A stretch of DNA of 64,000 bases, taken from the NCBI GenBank assembly GCA_010356995.1, contig ML996696.1:250364-314363 (forward strand). The letters run 5' to 3'. This document shows, one piece after another, positions 48,951 through 60,843 of this stretch. The position numbers and the translations under genes are program-made. This stretch comes from Trichodelitschia bisporula. Its lineage: Eukaryota. The notes beneath the pieces were generated by a model, which saw nothing but the letters and a program-made list of their open reading frames with translations, was not told the origin of the DNA and made no database searches. Position 1 is the stretch's first letter. Every line of letters starts with the position of its first letter.

Positions 48951-49544
48951 ATGGCCTCTGGACTGCTTGCCCGCGCTGCTCGCGCCAGTGCTATCACCGC
49001 ACCTCTTCGGGTCACAAACATGGCCACCCCGCGCCGGGCGTTGCAGACGACGAGTCGCTTGATGGACACCTCGGCTGGTGCTCTGCCGGTGAAGAAGCCT
49101 GTCGGCGCGTTTCGTGCTGGGTGAGTGCATTTATCTCCGGTCTACGTTGCAGAATCACGCACGCGCTTGTGTGCGGGAAAGCGGTTTAATCTTATGAGCA
49201 CTGTTACTTCGCTTCTCTGTACCGTGTAACCAGAGCGCTCAATCCACGGCACTCTGCACATAAACTGAGGATAATGGCTAATGCGAACCGTTCTCTAGAC
49301 TCACTGGCTTTTTGCTCGGTTCCACGATTTCTGGTGCAGGAATGTACTACTATGTCCTTGAGGAGTACCGGGTAGCGAATGAGCTGCTGACGGAAGACAT
49401 CTACGTGGGTAGACCATACTAGGAGAAAAAGGATAGCTGGCTAACTTTTCCTTGGGATAGAATCTCCAGGCCACCTTGCAGAGAATAGAAGGGTACATGC
49501 GCGTTCTGGAGGACAAGGTGGCGGCCATGGAGAAGAAGAACTAG
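48951..49544 (+). CDS. Small conserved fungal protein with a mitochondrial presequence, one TM helix and a coiled coil
   Basis: Spliced product ...PVKKPVGAFRAG|LTGFLLGSTISGAGMYYYVLEEYRVANELLTEDIY|NLQATLQRIEGYMRVLEDKVAAMEKKN*. Introns 49121-49298 and about 49405-49460. Confidence 0.75.
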
Positions 49545-50624
49545 GCGGAGCTACAAGTTACGCCTGCGGATTTCCATACATCTCGAGCGCGTGGCGGGCG
49601 TTACGGACAGGTTGAATTGGAATTGATCCGACGAATTCAGGGAACATCAACGCTGCAAAGCTACTTGACGCTTGACGAGCTACCGCCTTATTTGACAGCG
49701 ACGAGCTCTAGGGCTTTTCCTGTACCACATGGAGTTGGAGCAATGCAAGGGCTGATGGGTTTGATTCTTATATCTTCTCTCACACTAGTTTTAGCGTAGT
49801 TCGTTCGCAATGGCTTGCCACTTCACCACAACTGCTTGACATCTATGGTCGCGTGGCTCGACTTGCCTGTGGCCAGCAGTAATACGACCGGTGCGGCCCG
49901 TGGGGCATGTAAAAAAGCGAAGGCGCCCTTTGATAAACTGCAAATCGGAAGGTTACGATGTGGTATGTGACTCCCGGCCCTTGCCGTCTCGTGGCTCGGG
50001 TTAAAATATCATCCAGGTAGCAATAGCAACGTGTGCGGTAAATGCTCGCATGCAATCGTATGGCAGGCGGCCCCTTACATGATATTATTTGCGCAGTGTG
50101 AGCAGGTCGACTTCATACTAGGATGCGTTCAGAGCCGTACACCGTACGCAACGGCAAAGCTATGTGCTTTGAGTTGTAAGTCGCGTCACGCATGTGGCTG
50201 CGATTGCCGAAGCTGTCGAGGTACAACTTCCAGCCTTTTGCATAGCCCACCGGGGCGTTGGCCGGAAAACGTAGGTTTGATGCCGAGAGCAGCAGGGCGT
50301 GGGGGGCGTGCCCTCTCTGTTCATGGCAAATCGTCTGGCAGCCGCAGTCTCGGTGCAAGGGGACTTCGAAATTGGGAACGCACTAGGAGCGCTTCGAAGG
50401 CAGGGCCGAACATGCGCAAGAAGGAGAGACTGCACCCACGACGATTGATGAGGCGTGGAGTCCGGGTATTAAAGCCCATCATCTCCCGCCCTTCCACTCC
50501 AATATCAGACCCATCTCATCCAGCATTCAGCTACTCTTCCCCAATTCCCATCAATACATATCATACCGCCACAGCCCTTAACTCTCCAACTCCTACACTT
50601 CCCGCTTCTTCCCCTTCTTCCGCC

Positions 50625-51235
50625 ATGCATTTCTCCATGCGTGCTGCGGCTGTCGCCGCCCTCCTGCCCTTGTCGCTTGCAGGTCATGCAGTGGCTCGCG
50701 CGGGCAACGCGGTTGTCCGCAACAACTGCGGCGGCGGACACGTTTACCTCTGGTCGGTCGGCTCAGAGATGGGGGCTCAGAAGGATCTCTTCCTTCAGGA
50801 TCAAACATACAGCGAGCCGTACCGCTTCGACAAGAAGACGGGTGGCATTGCCATCAAGTTGACGCCGGTGGAAAGCGGTATCTTCAAAGGAGCCGCACAG
50901 CTGAATTTCGCGTACACCTTTGAAGGCGACAGAATCTGGTTAGTGATCTCACTTGCCAATCACTGCTTGATTCTTTCTCCATACCAGACTGACCACCTGC
51001 CAGGTATGACCTGAGCAGCGTTTTCGGCAATGCATTCCCCGAAACCAATATCACGCTTGCACCCTCTGACCCTTCATGCCCGACCATTGTCTGGCCGAAC
51101 GGTGTGCACCCGGTTGATGCCACGCCTCATGCCTGCAGGTAGGTTTCTCCCTCACGTGTGGGCTTGTTAGCGAGCATTCACTGACAGTGTCATAGCTCCA
51201 AGGCCGATATTGTGCTGACGCTGTGCGGATACTGA
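50625..51235 (+). CDS. Secreted BYS1-domain protein (thaumatin-like fold)
   Basis: Signal peptide, GNAVVRNNC, VYLWSVG, GGIAIKL, QLNFAYT, W|YDLSSVFGNAF and a Cys-containing tail (LTLCGY*). Two introns. Confidence 0.82.
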
Positions 51236-52805
51236 GAGAGTGATATGAAGGAGGGGATGATGAGATGGGGGGCGGCGCGTGGTCGGTTTGAGTTGCAGGA
51301 GTTGGAGTTCGGTTTTCTGTTCCAGTACAGGTAGCATTGCTTTCTTATCAGTTCTGTTTTCCGTAGCATTGCTTTAACATGGTTCTGTTTCCCATCACCA
51401 AGGCGCTCCGCTTGAATTGGTATCCCATGAGCAGTGTACTTCGTACAGATGGCCCCCGGTAAGCAAGATGGGCCGTTGACTCTTGGCCGGGCAGATCGAT
51501 CATGATCTCGACCGCAAGTACCGCAGAAGGCTGCAGACGGTTAGCTCTGAGACCCGGAATGATAAGAATCGTCGCAGGATGTTTGGCAGTACCGAAGATA
51601 AGTCGAGATGATAAGGGCAAGCGAGGCTCGGGAATAATACAGTACCGTAGTACGTGAGGATCCACCTGTGCCACAGATCCGATCGGGCTTCCCGCCGATC
51701 GCCAAGGGTGCTCAGCCTCCGGTTCTGATTCCGAGGCTTGGCAACGTTCTTTCCTCAACGTCAGGTCAATTGCGAGGCAAGCCGCCTTAGGAGACTCCCA
51801 TCTACGGAGTGCATCATGCGTCGTCGCTCCCTGTCCCGTTTCAAACGAGATCAATGTGCCCACAGTCTGACCTTCTGTTATCATTCAACGCCCATGCTAC
51901 CATCGGGGCCATCGTGACCTGACAGTTCCGGACCCTGGAAAGTACCCTCGTGATGTAGTCGCGTTGGCCTTGCTGGATTGACTGGCGATTGCTGACAGAA
52001 TCTTGGGCACAATCTCAAATCATGGTTATTGCTGACATTGTTCAAGAGCAAGGACATAACGGAAGCCTGCCGGTAGACCGGCTCAAGGGAGTTGGGGGGG
52101 AGGAGCAAACAAACAAATACGGCTGACGAGACAGCATATATCATCCAGCCTTGCCCCAGCGTCGAATTGGGCTCGGCTTTAATTGCAGTTGCATTATCGT
52201 CTTGTTTGCCGAGACAATTTCTTTGTTTGCTTATTTGGTGTGTGCAGTCATGGCCATCGCACATCATCATCATCATCGTGGAATTGCATCAGTGTCAATC
52301 GCGAATATGGAAACAACGCCCCAAGTTCGCCCTGGCTTGCTGTTTTGACCAGGAAGTCAAGAAGGCGAACACTCAGAGCAGTTGGGTGGTCACTTCCAAT
52401 TGCGACCTTGCACCCCTACTCCTTCCCGGTACGAGCGTGAGGGTGGCTTCTCCCTGGGGAGCTCTTTCCTTTTATGTTCCTCCTCACCTCCCTCACCCAG
52501 CACCCACCTGCCCCCTCCCCCCTCCACACCTGCCCGCACCTTCCTCATCGCAAACGCCATGTTCCTTCCTCACTAGAAATTGTTCAGTCATTCATTGCTG
52601 CCAAGAAATCCCCCTCACTTCAAGTACCCAACCCTCCCCCCCATTCCTCTTCTCCTCAGCAACCTTTTCCACTTCCTCACCCCCACTTCTTCCACATCAT
52701 CTTCTGCACGACCTCGACTTCTTACCACTCAGTTACCCTTTGCAAGCTCCCAGTACCACCAAGAACTTGTACAACACTGGGTCTGCCGTGTCCCTGATCA
52801 TCAAG

Positions 52806-55800
52806 ATGGTGAGTTTCCTCTTCTCCATGACGATCCACCACTTCCGTGGCAATGCTTCACATGAGAGCACTCGTGGCTTCAAATGTGTTTGCAGAGCCGC
52901 ATCTGCCTTCACGTTACCTCAAATCCCCTACATCAAGCGGGTTGCCAAAGAATCCAATTCCGCAATTCAAACTCCACAATTTTGCTGACTCGCAATTAGT
53001 CTGCTTCCGGTTCGGCAAAGGGGTCTGCCTCCCAGGCACAGCCCATGCGTACCTTTCCACAGCCGATTGCTCCTCACATGGAGGCTGGTCTGCCTGTTCT
53101 CGGTGTTGAGAATCGATCCCTTGAGCTCCCTCCCGGTCTCATGCTTCGAGTCTGCCAGGTATGTTCTCTCACCTCTTCAGTTTGCTGTTCTATCGATGTC
53201 TCAGACTGACCCGAGTTACTTAACAGGAAGTTCAGAAGGGTCAGAAGGATGACAATCCCGAGGTCCCAGTACCTAAGGCAATTTACATGCCCAAGCGTCC
53301 TGCCAAGTTGAACAAGAACGGCAAGGAAACGGTTATCGGGCTCAACACCTTCAATGTCCTGGAATATCCTAAGAACAAGGTCTTCCAGTATGATATCAGC
53401 TTCAGCAACGGTGGCCATGAGAAGCGCGCCCTGATCAAGAAGATTTGGCAGTCCAAAACTGTCCAGGACAAGATTGGCGAGTTCTTCCTTTTCGATGGCA
53501 ACAAGATAGCGTGGTAAGTTTGCCATCTTTTGAAGTTTGACGGTAAACTGATGAAGCACAGGTCCACCTCGCTTGTGACTGGCAACCAGAAGGAGATCGC
53601 CATCCAGGTGGATCTCGACCAGGAAGCTGGGTACAAACCGAATCCTCGGAACACTTTTAAAGTGTTCATTGCGTTTGCCAAGGAAGTGTCGTTCAAGGTG
53701 CTGAACAACTACCTTGCATCGGGAGACATCGTCAAACATGGTGAGCCTCAGCTCATCGAGGCGCTGCATTTCCTTGACCACCTTATGCGTGAGGGGCCTA
53801 GTCGTCGCCTCACTCAGGTCAAGAAGAGCTTCTTCCACAAGAACTTGGATCGGGCTGACCTGGGCCACGGGGTTGAGGCCATAAAGGGCTGCTTTGCCTC
53901 GATGCGTCTGGCAAACACGTCGCTCTCCAACGGTCAGCTCGGCGGGTGTCTTTCGGTCAATGTCGATGTGGCCAACGGAACCTTTCTGTCAGCAGGTCCC
54001 TTGCTGGATCGCTGCGTACAGCTTGCGAAGAAGACAGATGTGAACGACTTTATTCGCGCTTTCCTGAAGGATCGCGATTCTTGGTCCACCTGCTGGATGA
54101 AGCGTGCCTTCACCCCCTTGACTCATTGCGAGGTGGTCAAGCAGCACATGGCCGACAATCTGTTGACCCCCGCGGCGCGCACGAAGTCCAAAATCATGCG
54201 CATTATCCCCAAGACGGCCTCCCAGCACATTTTCGACGCTCCTGCAATGGACGCTGAGGGCAAATTCATCAAGGAATACGACGCGGATGGGAAGCCGGTG
54301 AAAAAGACTGAAAAGATGTCCGTTAAGACCTACTTCAAAAAGCGCTGGAACAAAGACATCAATGACCACCTTCCTCTGGTTGAGCTCACCAAGAAGGGCG
54401 AGTTGGTTCCTATGGAGATGCTGACGATCACCCTCCACAATCGCTTCCGCCAGAAGCTTGACGAGTACCAGACGTCACAGATGATCAAGTTCGCTGTAAC
54501 CTTGCCTTCCCAGCGCTGGAAGAATATCCAGGGTGCTGTCGATATGCTTGGGTGGGAGAAGGATCGTATCTTGAATCACTATGGTCTCAAGATCAACACG
54601 AAGCGCGTCGAAGTGAAGGCTCGCATTCTTCCTGCGCCGGAGCCTACCTTCGCCAACAGCAAGGTTTCTGCGAGCGACGCCTCTCGGGCTCGCTGGCGCA
54701 TTGACGGCAAGAAATTCTGCAATTTTGGCATCGGCCTTCAGTCCTGGGGCGTGGCCATCATCTCCGACGGCAAGCCCGGTGTCGGCGAGGTCGTCGTTAA
54801 GCAGTTCATCGACAAGATGGTCACCGTGATGAGCGGACACGGCATGACGGTTGGCAAGGACCCGCTCATCAAGGTGTACTCCACCCAGCTGGGTGCGAAC
54901 CTCTACTCCATTTTCCACGACGACGTTACCAAGGCCTGCCACGGAACGAAGCCGACACTCCTCGTCTTCATCGTGCCCAATCGGAACTCGGAGATCTACC
55001 TTCGCATCAAGAAGAACTGCGAGTGCCGCTTCGGTGTGGCCTCGCAGGTCATGCAGTCTGCCCAGATGCCCAAGAAGCAGGAGCAGTACATGTCCAACGT
55101 CGCTCTGAAGATCAACGCGAAGCTTGGGGGTGTTAACTCCTATGCCGTCGGCATGCTCTCCCCTTTGAAACCGATGATTCCCAACTCCAAGATTGTTGGG
55201 CCGTCCACGTGCGTGATCGGTGGCGATGTGTCCCATCCTAGCCCTGGCTCGGACGGTGCCTCGACGGCCGCTATCACTGTCTCCCAAGACAAGTTCTTCG
55301 TCCGCTACTCCGCCGTTTGCAACACGAACGGTCGTCGCGTCGAGATGATCTCCGATGCGAACATTGAGGCTGCCTTCAACCACACCATTGAACATTGGGT
55401 GGAAAAACATGCCAAGTGCCCGGAGTTGATCATGTACTACCGCGACGGTGTTTCGGAGGGACAATACTCCCAGGTGATTCTCCAGGAGGTCCATGCCATG
55501 AAGAAGTACTTCCTGGCGAAATACCAGTCGACGCCAAAGTTCACTGTCATCATTGCCGGAAAGCGCCACCACATTCGCTTCTTCCCGAAGCAGGGCGACA
55601 AGACTGGTAATCCACTGCCCGGCACCTTGGTTGAGCTCGGTGCCACTCATGCACAGGACTGGGACTTCTACTTGTGCTCGCACCAAGCCATCAAGGGTAC
55701 TGCTCGTCCAGTGCACTACCAGGTGATCTTGAACGAGGCCCAAGTCTCCAACGAGGAGCTTCAGGCTTTCACATTTGAGCACTCGTTCCAGTACTGTCGC

Positions 55801-56067
55801 TCGACCACGCCGGTCTCCTTGTTCCCGGCCATCTACTACGCCCATCTTGCGTCAAACCGCTCCAAGGCGCACGAGCCCAAGGTAGTTCCTCCACCTGTGG
55901 TTCCTCCGCCTGTGGTTCCTGCGCCGAACATCATGGATCTTTCCATCGAGGACCATGAGCGCGCTGGGTCCAAGAAATCGGGCAGCAAGGTCGAACTTCC
56001 CATTCAGGCTCTTATGCCGGTCAAGAACGACGGAGACAGCTTGCATCTGCGTATGTGGTACGTCTAG
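52806..56067 (+). CDS. Argonaute (N, L1, PAZ, MID, PIWI), SMS-2/Ago1-like clade by inference
   Basis: Exons 52806-52808, 53000-53158, 53227-53513 and 53562-56067. PIWI tetrad D (IGGDVSH), E (RVEMI), D (YRDGVSEGQ), H (YYAHLA). MID residues Y..K, SQ and KINAKLGG present. Ends MWYV. Confidence 0.95.
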
Positions 56068-56313
56068 ATTCGTATGTAGGTGTATGTGGGGGGGGGGTTG
56101 TCTGAACCCAGTCCTCGGTCTGCTCGACAAGCCATGTCTTCCACCCTTTCTTATACTCTGTAACGTAGACGACTAGGCCGCCTAGCGGTTTCATAATATG
56201 GGATAAAACTGATTTTTCCCGGAACTCTTTTGCCATATGTGTGAAGTACATAACGCATGACGCACGATTGCAATCGCCCCGTTCTGACTTGGCTCAACGA
56301 CTCTCTCCAAAAT

Positions 56314-57192
56314 TCATCTGCTCTTCCACCTGATATTTCTGACCCATGCAGTAAACTCTTGCACGTCCTCCCTGTGTTGCAGCTTTTCCACGCTCGACCA
56401 GTCGCGTGCCAGATCCTCATTGCTAGCGCATCGATGCACGAACCTGTGGCAAGCCCCACACAGCCATGCCACCTTGTTCAGCTCCCACTCCCCGGCGGCC
56501 CATCCGCGTTTGATAGCCTTCGAATGGGTGGAGCGCGGGATGAGATGATGGTAGGTTAGTGGGATCCATGAGCGGTCGCAAAGCTCGCAGGCCGAGGTGC
56601 GGGTCGATGCATACTGGGGCGGGGGTGCAGTGAGGATGCCGATGTAGGAGGTAAGGAGATGGTTGAAGAGGTTGGCGAGATCGGCGGAGGACTTGAGCGA
56701 GCCATCAGTTGGCTCAGCGAGAGAGTAGGCGGTTAGAGAATCCAGGACAGAGGGTGGGAGGTGCGGAAGGAGGGTGGCTTCGAGGGTTGAATTGGTCAAC
56801 GGGAGGGCGTACGGCTCAAATGGAGTTGGGTCGGATTGAAAGGCTGCGTAGGAGAGGGTCCGGAGAGGGGTGGGCAAGCTTGGGAATAGTTCCTGTGCTA
56901 GATACTGGCATATGGTCAATGGCCGATGGTAGTGGCAGAGGGCAGCGAGATCACGTACCTCTACGAAGTCTATCAACTCTTCCGCGTTGTTTGCGGCGGG
57001 CGGGTTCTCGTCGGTAGAGTCTTCTGCAGCTACAGCTTGCTTGCGACCCTTTGCTCGTTTACGAGGCTTGCGGCCCTTTGCTCGTTTACGAGGCTTGTGA
57101 ATTGGATCCGACGAATGGGCGATCACGAAGTTCGACAAGACGTCTCGAAAGACTTCATAATTGGACTTTTCTTCGTCTGGGATACTGTTCAT
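56314..57192 (-). CDS. HNH-endonuclease-fold protein (YisB-like)
   Basis: CELC..LTYHHLIPRSTH..LNKVAWLCGACHRFVH zinc-bound HNH signature. 54-nt intron at 56905-56958. Confidence 0.82.
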   Translation of the reverse strand: MNSIPDEEKSNYEVFRDVLSNFVIAHSSDPIHKPRKRAKGRKPRKRAKGRKQAVAAEDSTDENPPAANNAEELIDFVEVRDLAALCHYHRPLTICQYLAQELFPSLPTPLRTLSYAAFQSDPTPFEPYALPLTNSTLEATLLPHLPPSVLDSLTAYSLAEPTDGSLKSSADLANLFNHLLTSYIGILTAPPPQYASTRTSACELCDRSWIPLTYHHLIPRSTHSKAIKRGWAAGEWELNKVAWLCGACHRFVHRCASNEDLARDWSSVEKLQHREDVQEFTAWVRNIRWKSR

Positions 57193-57732
57193 GGCGGACA
57201 ACCGAGAGCGGGAGCGACGGGATGAAGGGCGCCGAAATCATGAGTATTGCTGTACGTATTTCTATTCCATGACCCGTTTCACACGCCACAAGGCTGACTT
57301 CCAATACGGCTTGCGAATGTGTTTATGGTGGGACGAAATCTCCAGATGGAGATCGCCGCATGCGCGCGGTGAGATCAAAGGGGAACGTCGCGCAACAAGC
57401 TCCGGTGTGACGTCGAACGTGGTGGAGTCACATGGAAACCAGCCACTTCAAGGCACCAAGGGAGGATGATCCGTATGCATGAGGTAGGTCTTCATCCCTT
57501 TCCCTAGCAGTCTCGGCTAATCGACTACCTTCACACCCGCGAGTCCCTCAAGTGGAAGCCGCCGTCGCCCCGACGGCCGCCGCGGCCATCATAGCTGAGG
57601 TGAGATCAGTGCCAAGTTTATCAAGTGCGGGGGCGGCGACAGCTGTGGAGTACGGAGGTATATATTTCACTTGTCGCAAGGACAGCCTCGCACGATTTTC
57701 CAGCTTCGACTGGCTAGCAAGAAAAGGAAACC

Positions 57733-58515
57733 ATGGGAAGAAACATTATTCTTGCGTTTGACCTCTATGGCACGCTGTTATCCACGGCATCGATAGCATC
57801 CAGGCTTGCCAATTATGTTGGGCAGGAGAAGGCCTCGTCCATCGCCGCCAAATGGAGGCTCTACCAACTCGAATACACCTGGAGGCTAACCAGCATGAGT
57901 AAAAACTACCCCCCGTTTCCCAAGCTGTGGGCCCTTCCGCTGATGAACAAAGAACAATATGAGCCGTTTTCAGTCGTCACCCGGCGCTCGTTGAAACATG
58001 CGTTGGCAGAAACGAAAGTCCACCTTGAAGACGAGGCCATTGATTCTCTCATGGAAGCATATGATACACTATCCGCGTTTCCCGACGTCAAGCCGGCCTT
58101 GGAGTCACTTGCAAACGTGCCAAACTGCACCTCCGTCATATTTTCGAATGGGACACATCCTATGGTGTCAAGCTCGATCTATCAATCCCAGGACCTCTCG
58201 CCTCATGCCGGTTTGTTCCAGGATATTGTGGTTGTTGAGGAAGCTCAGAAGTTCAAGCCAGCTCCCGAAACCTACGAGTTGCTGCTTGAACAAGTTGGAA
58301 AATCTAAGGCTGACATGGAAGATGTCTGGCTGATAAGCAGCAACCCGTTCGATATTGTAGGTGCGAGGGCGGTCGGATTAAAGGCCGCTTGGGTAGACCG
58401 AGAGGGCAACGGATGGGTGGATGCTGTGGTGGAAGGGGAGCTCGGAGGACCGACCATAGTGGTCAAGAGCCTGGGGGAGGTTGTTGATGCGGTACGGCGC
58501 TTGCTCACGGGCTAG
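57733..58515 (+). CDS. Haloacid dehalogenase type II (HAD superfamily)
   Basis: FDLYGTL, WRLYQLEYTWR, FSNG, KFKPAP and SSNPFDIVGA motifs. Intron 57899-57952. Confidence 0.9.
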   Translation: MGRNIILAFDLYGTLLSTASIASRLANYVGQEKASSIAAKWRLYQLEYTWRLTSMSKNYPPFPKLWALPLMNKEQYEPFSVVTRRSLKHALAETKVHLEDEAIDSLMEAYDTLSAFPDVKPALESLANVPNCTSVIFSNGTHPMVSSSIYQSQDLSPHAGLFQDIVVVEEAQKFKPAPETYELLLEQVGKSKADMEDVWLISSNPFDIVGARAVGLKAAWVDREGNGWVDAVVEGELGGPTIVVKSLGEVVDAVRRLLTG

Positions 58516-59327
58516 GAAGACTGTGACATCCACTTCTCATATGAAGATTCTCTTTCCGCTTCACAAGTGACTCCCAGCTGAACTTCGCCGAAGTCTGCGC
58601 TTCTGGACAAGAGGACAGCTGCCATGGTCAGTTAACATTCAAGTAGCACATGGTACTGAACGAAAGCGAATCAATGCGCTCGTGGCCCATAACTGCACAC
58701 AAAGGATGCAAAATCAGTCAAGTATGTCCGTATCAACATTTACTCGCTAGCCGATGGAAGGCGGAAACAACCGAGTGGTAAGTGAACGTGTTGATCTGCC
58801 CTCCGTTTCCCCTACCGGCTATCAGAGAGGATCAAGCCAGAGTGAATACGAAGGGTAAAAATATATGAAGTTAAGGAGAAAGAAGAAGAAGAGGAAGGGG
58901 GACGAGAGCGGAGAGCAAATATAGTCGCCGCAAAAATCTCTCGCTCATACGTTATTCCGGACCGACAAACAAAGTTGTTGCGCACGTCTCGCTAGGGGCT
59001 TTTTTAGCGACTAGGCACATCCGCTTTGACTCTGGCGGCAATGATGTGGGGTCCTTGGGTTTTGCTGTGCCCAAATCTGCCCCTCCCCCACCCCCCAAAG
59101 TCGTGTGTCATACCTTAACCTTCGAGGAATCCACCCGTTTACCTGCAACACGCCGGCCTATTTACACCTATTGGTATCGATTTGTTTTCTGTGAAGTGCA
59201 GGCAAACCTATTCACATCAAACTTTTCGATAGCTACATCGCTGTATCGCCTTTGACGCTCCTTGTCTCCTGTACCCCGCCTCGTCCTCCCCGACTTGCGC
59301 AGCCAAACGTCAACACTACTTACAATC

Positions 59328-60177
59328 ATGTCTGCCGTCAACAGAGGTCGTGCTGGCAAGTTCAGCAAGCCCAAGCGTGGAGGTTCGCATACGAATATGC
59401 TATCACTTAAAAACGCAGCTAATCAAATATTAAGGTGGCAAGCATTTCAGTCGTGACCTTCAGCCTCTTGACGCGAACGGCGAGCAAATCAGCATGTGGG
59501 CGGTAAGATATATGCGATCCAAGCCTGTACTTGTTTGTTTCTAATCAAGATCCCACCAGGCTCGTAACCCGAAGAAGCCTGTCGATTCCTCCGACGGCGA
59601 CGAAGAGGAGGAGGAGTCTTCCGAGGAAGAGTCCTCTGAGGATGATGACCAGCAAGCTCAGACCCAGACCCGGGAGGAGCGCAAGGCGGCTGCCAAAGCT
59701 CGCAAAGAAGCCGCCATCGCGAAGCAGAAGGCGCGTGCGACCGAACCCGGCGACCTTCCTCCCTCCTCCTCCGACGAGGACGAAGATGACGAGGCTCCGG
59801 CGAACCCCAATCACACTCAAAAGGCCCGCTCGCAGGCGGCTGATCCCAAGACCACTGCTGATTTGGCGGCTGACGTAGCTGGCAAGGACATTTCGCAGCT
59901 GTCTAGGCGCCAGCGTGAGGCTCTCCAGGCGCAGCAGGCTCGGGAGAGATACCAGAAGCTACACGCCGAAGGCAAGACGGATGAGGCAAAGGCTGATCTC
60001 GCGCGCCTGAAGCTTGTGCGCGAGCGTCGTGCTGCGGAGGCTGCACGCAAGCAGGCCGAGGCTGAAGAGAAAGCTGAGCAGGATAACCTCAAGACTGAGC
60101 AGATGGCACGTGAGGCGCGTCAGCGGGAGACTGCCTTGGGCAAGGCCGCGAGAGGCAAGGGTGGAAAGAAGAAGTAG
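59328..60177 (+). CDS. PP28/PDAP1-like casein kinase substrate phosphoprotein
   Basis: GKFSKPKRGG|GKHFSRDL, ANPNH and LSRRQREAL..ARERYQKLHAEGKTDEAKADLARLKLVRERR. Two introns. Confidence 0.88.
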
Positions 60178-60843
60178 GATCCGCTTCACATGCTAGGCTT
60201 TCGTTATGCGGAGCGTTTGGGATGTTGGCATGCGGCATGGCATGCAGCGGGATGAGCGTTATGACGTACGATTCGCCTTTCGCTCAATGAACTGCACATG
60301 TCCAGGAAGAGATTTGTTTACAGTGACTTGACTCTTTTAATCGTGATTAACCGTTATGCTCTAACTATTTCCTCTGCTATGACGGGACACCTGCAGGCCG
60401 GGCCGGACCGTCACGATCGATGGTTGGCGCCTGTCCGTGCCCGGTTCGTGATATCCGAGGTTTGGCGGACGACCTCGCTCCTCGAAGTCAGCCCTTGTCG
60501 TGATCCATACTCTACCTCAACGCAATCTACTGTACAATAGGCGTGAACCGTTCATCTATATCATCTGGTAGGAATCACACCGCCAGTGTCACACCGTGCC
60601 TCTCTCCTCTTCCTCGGCCCCGCTTGCGGCCCAGTCATATCAAAGCCGTGCACTCAAAGTATTTATGCTGCATTAGGTTATGTTAAGCTACAGAACAATG
60701 AATCACGCAAAGATGAGTCGAGAGATAATGCGTTATGAGATTGATGCCATGTATGTGCGTCATGAGTTGTACCCTGAAGCGCGAATAGCCAGAGAGCGCA
60801 TCGCACTGCGAGAAAGAGCCAAAACCACATAAGCATCCCGCCA

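Noticed and set aside
52092..52988. 298-aa + strand ORF upstream of Argonaute
   Set aside because: It starts at a non-ATG codon, is low-complexity, and runs through the pyrimidine-rich leader and first intron of Argonaute.
54475..55845. 456-aa antisense ORF over Argonaute, and other long antisense ORFs (787-1503, 19329-20306, 20988-22085, 13437-14261)
   Set aside because: These are shadow ORFs from biased codon usage of the sense genes and show no recognisable motifs.
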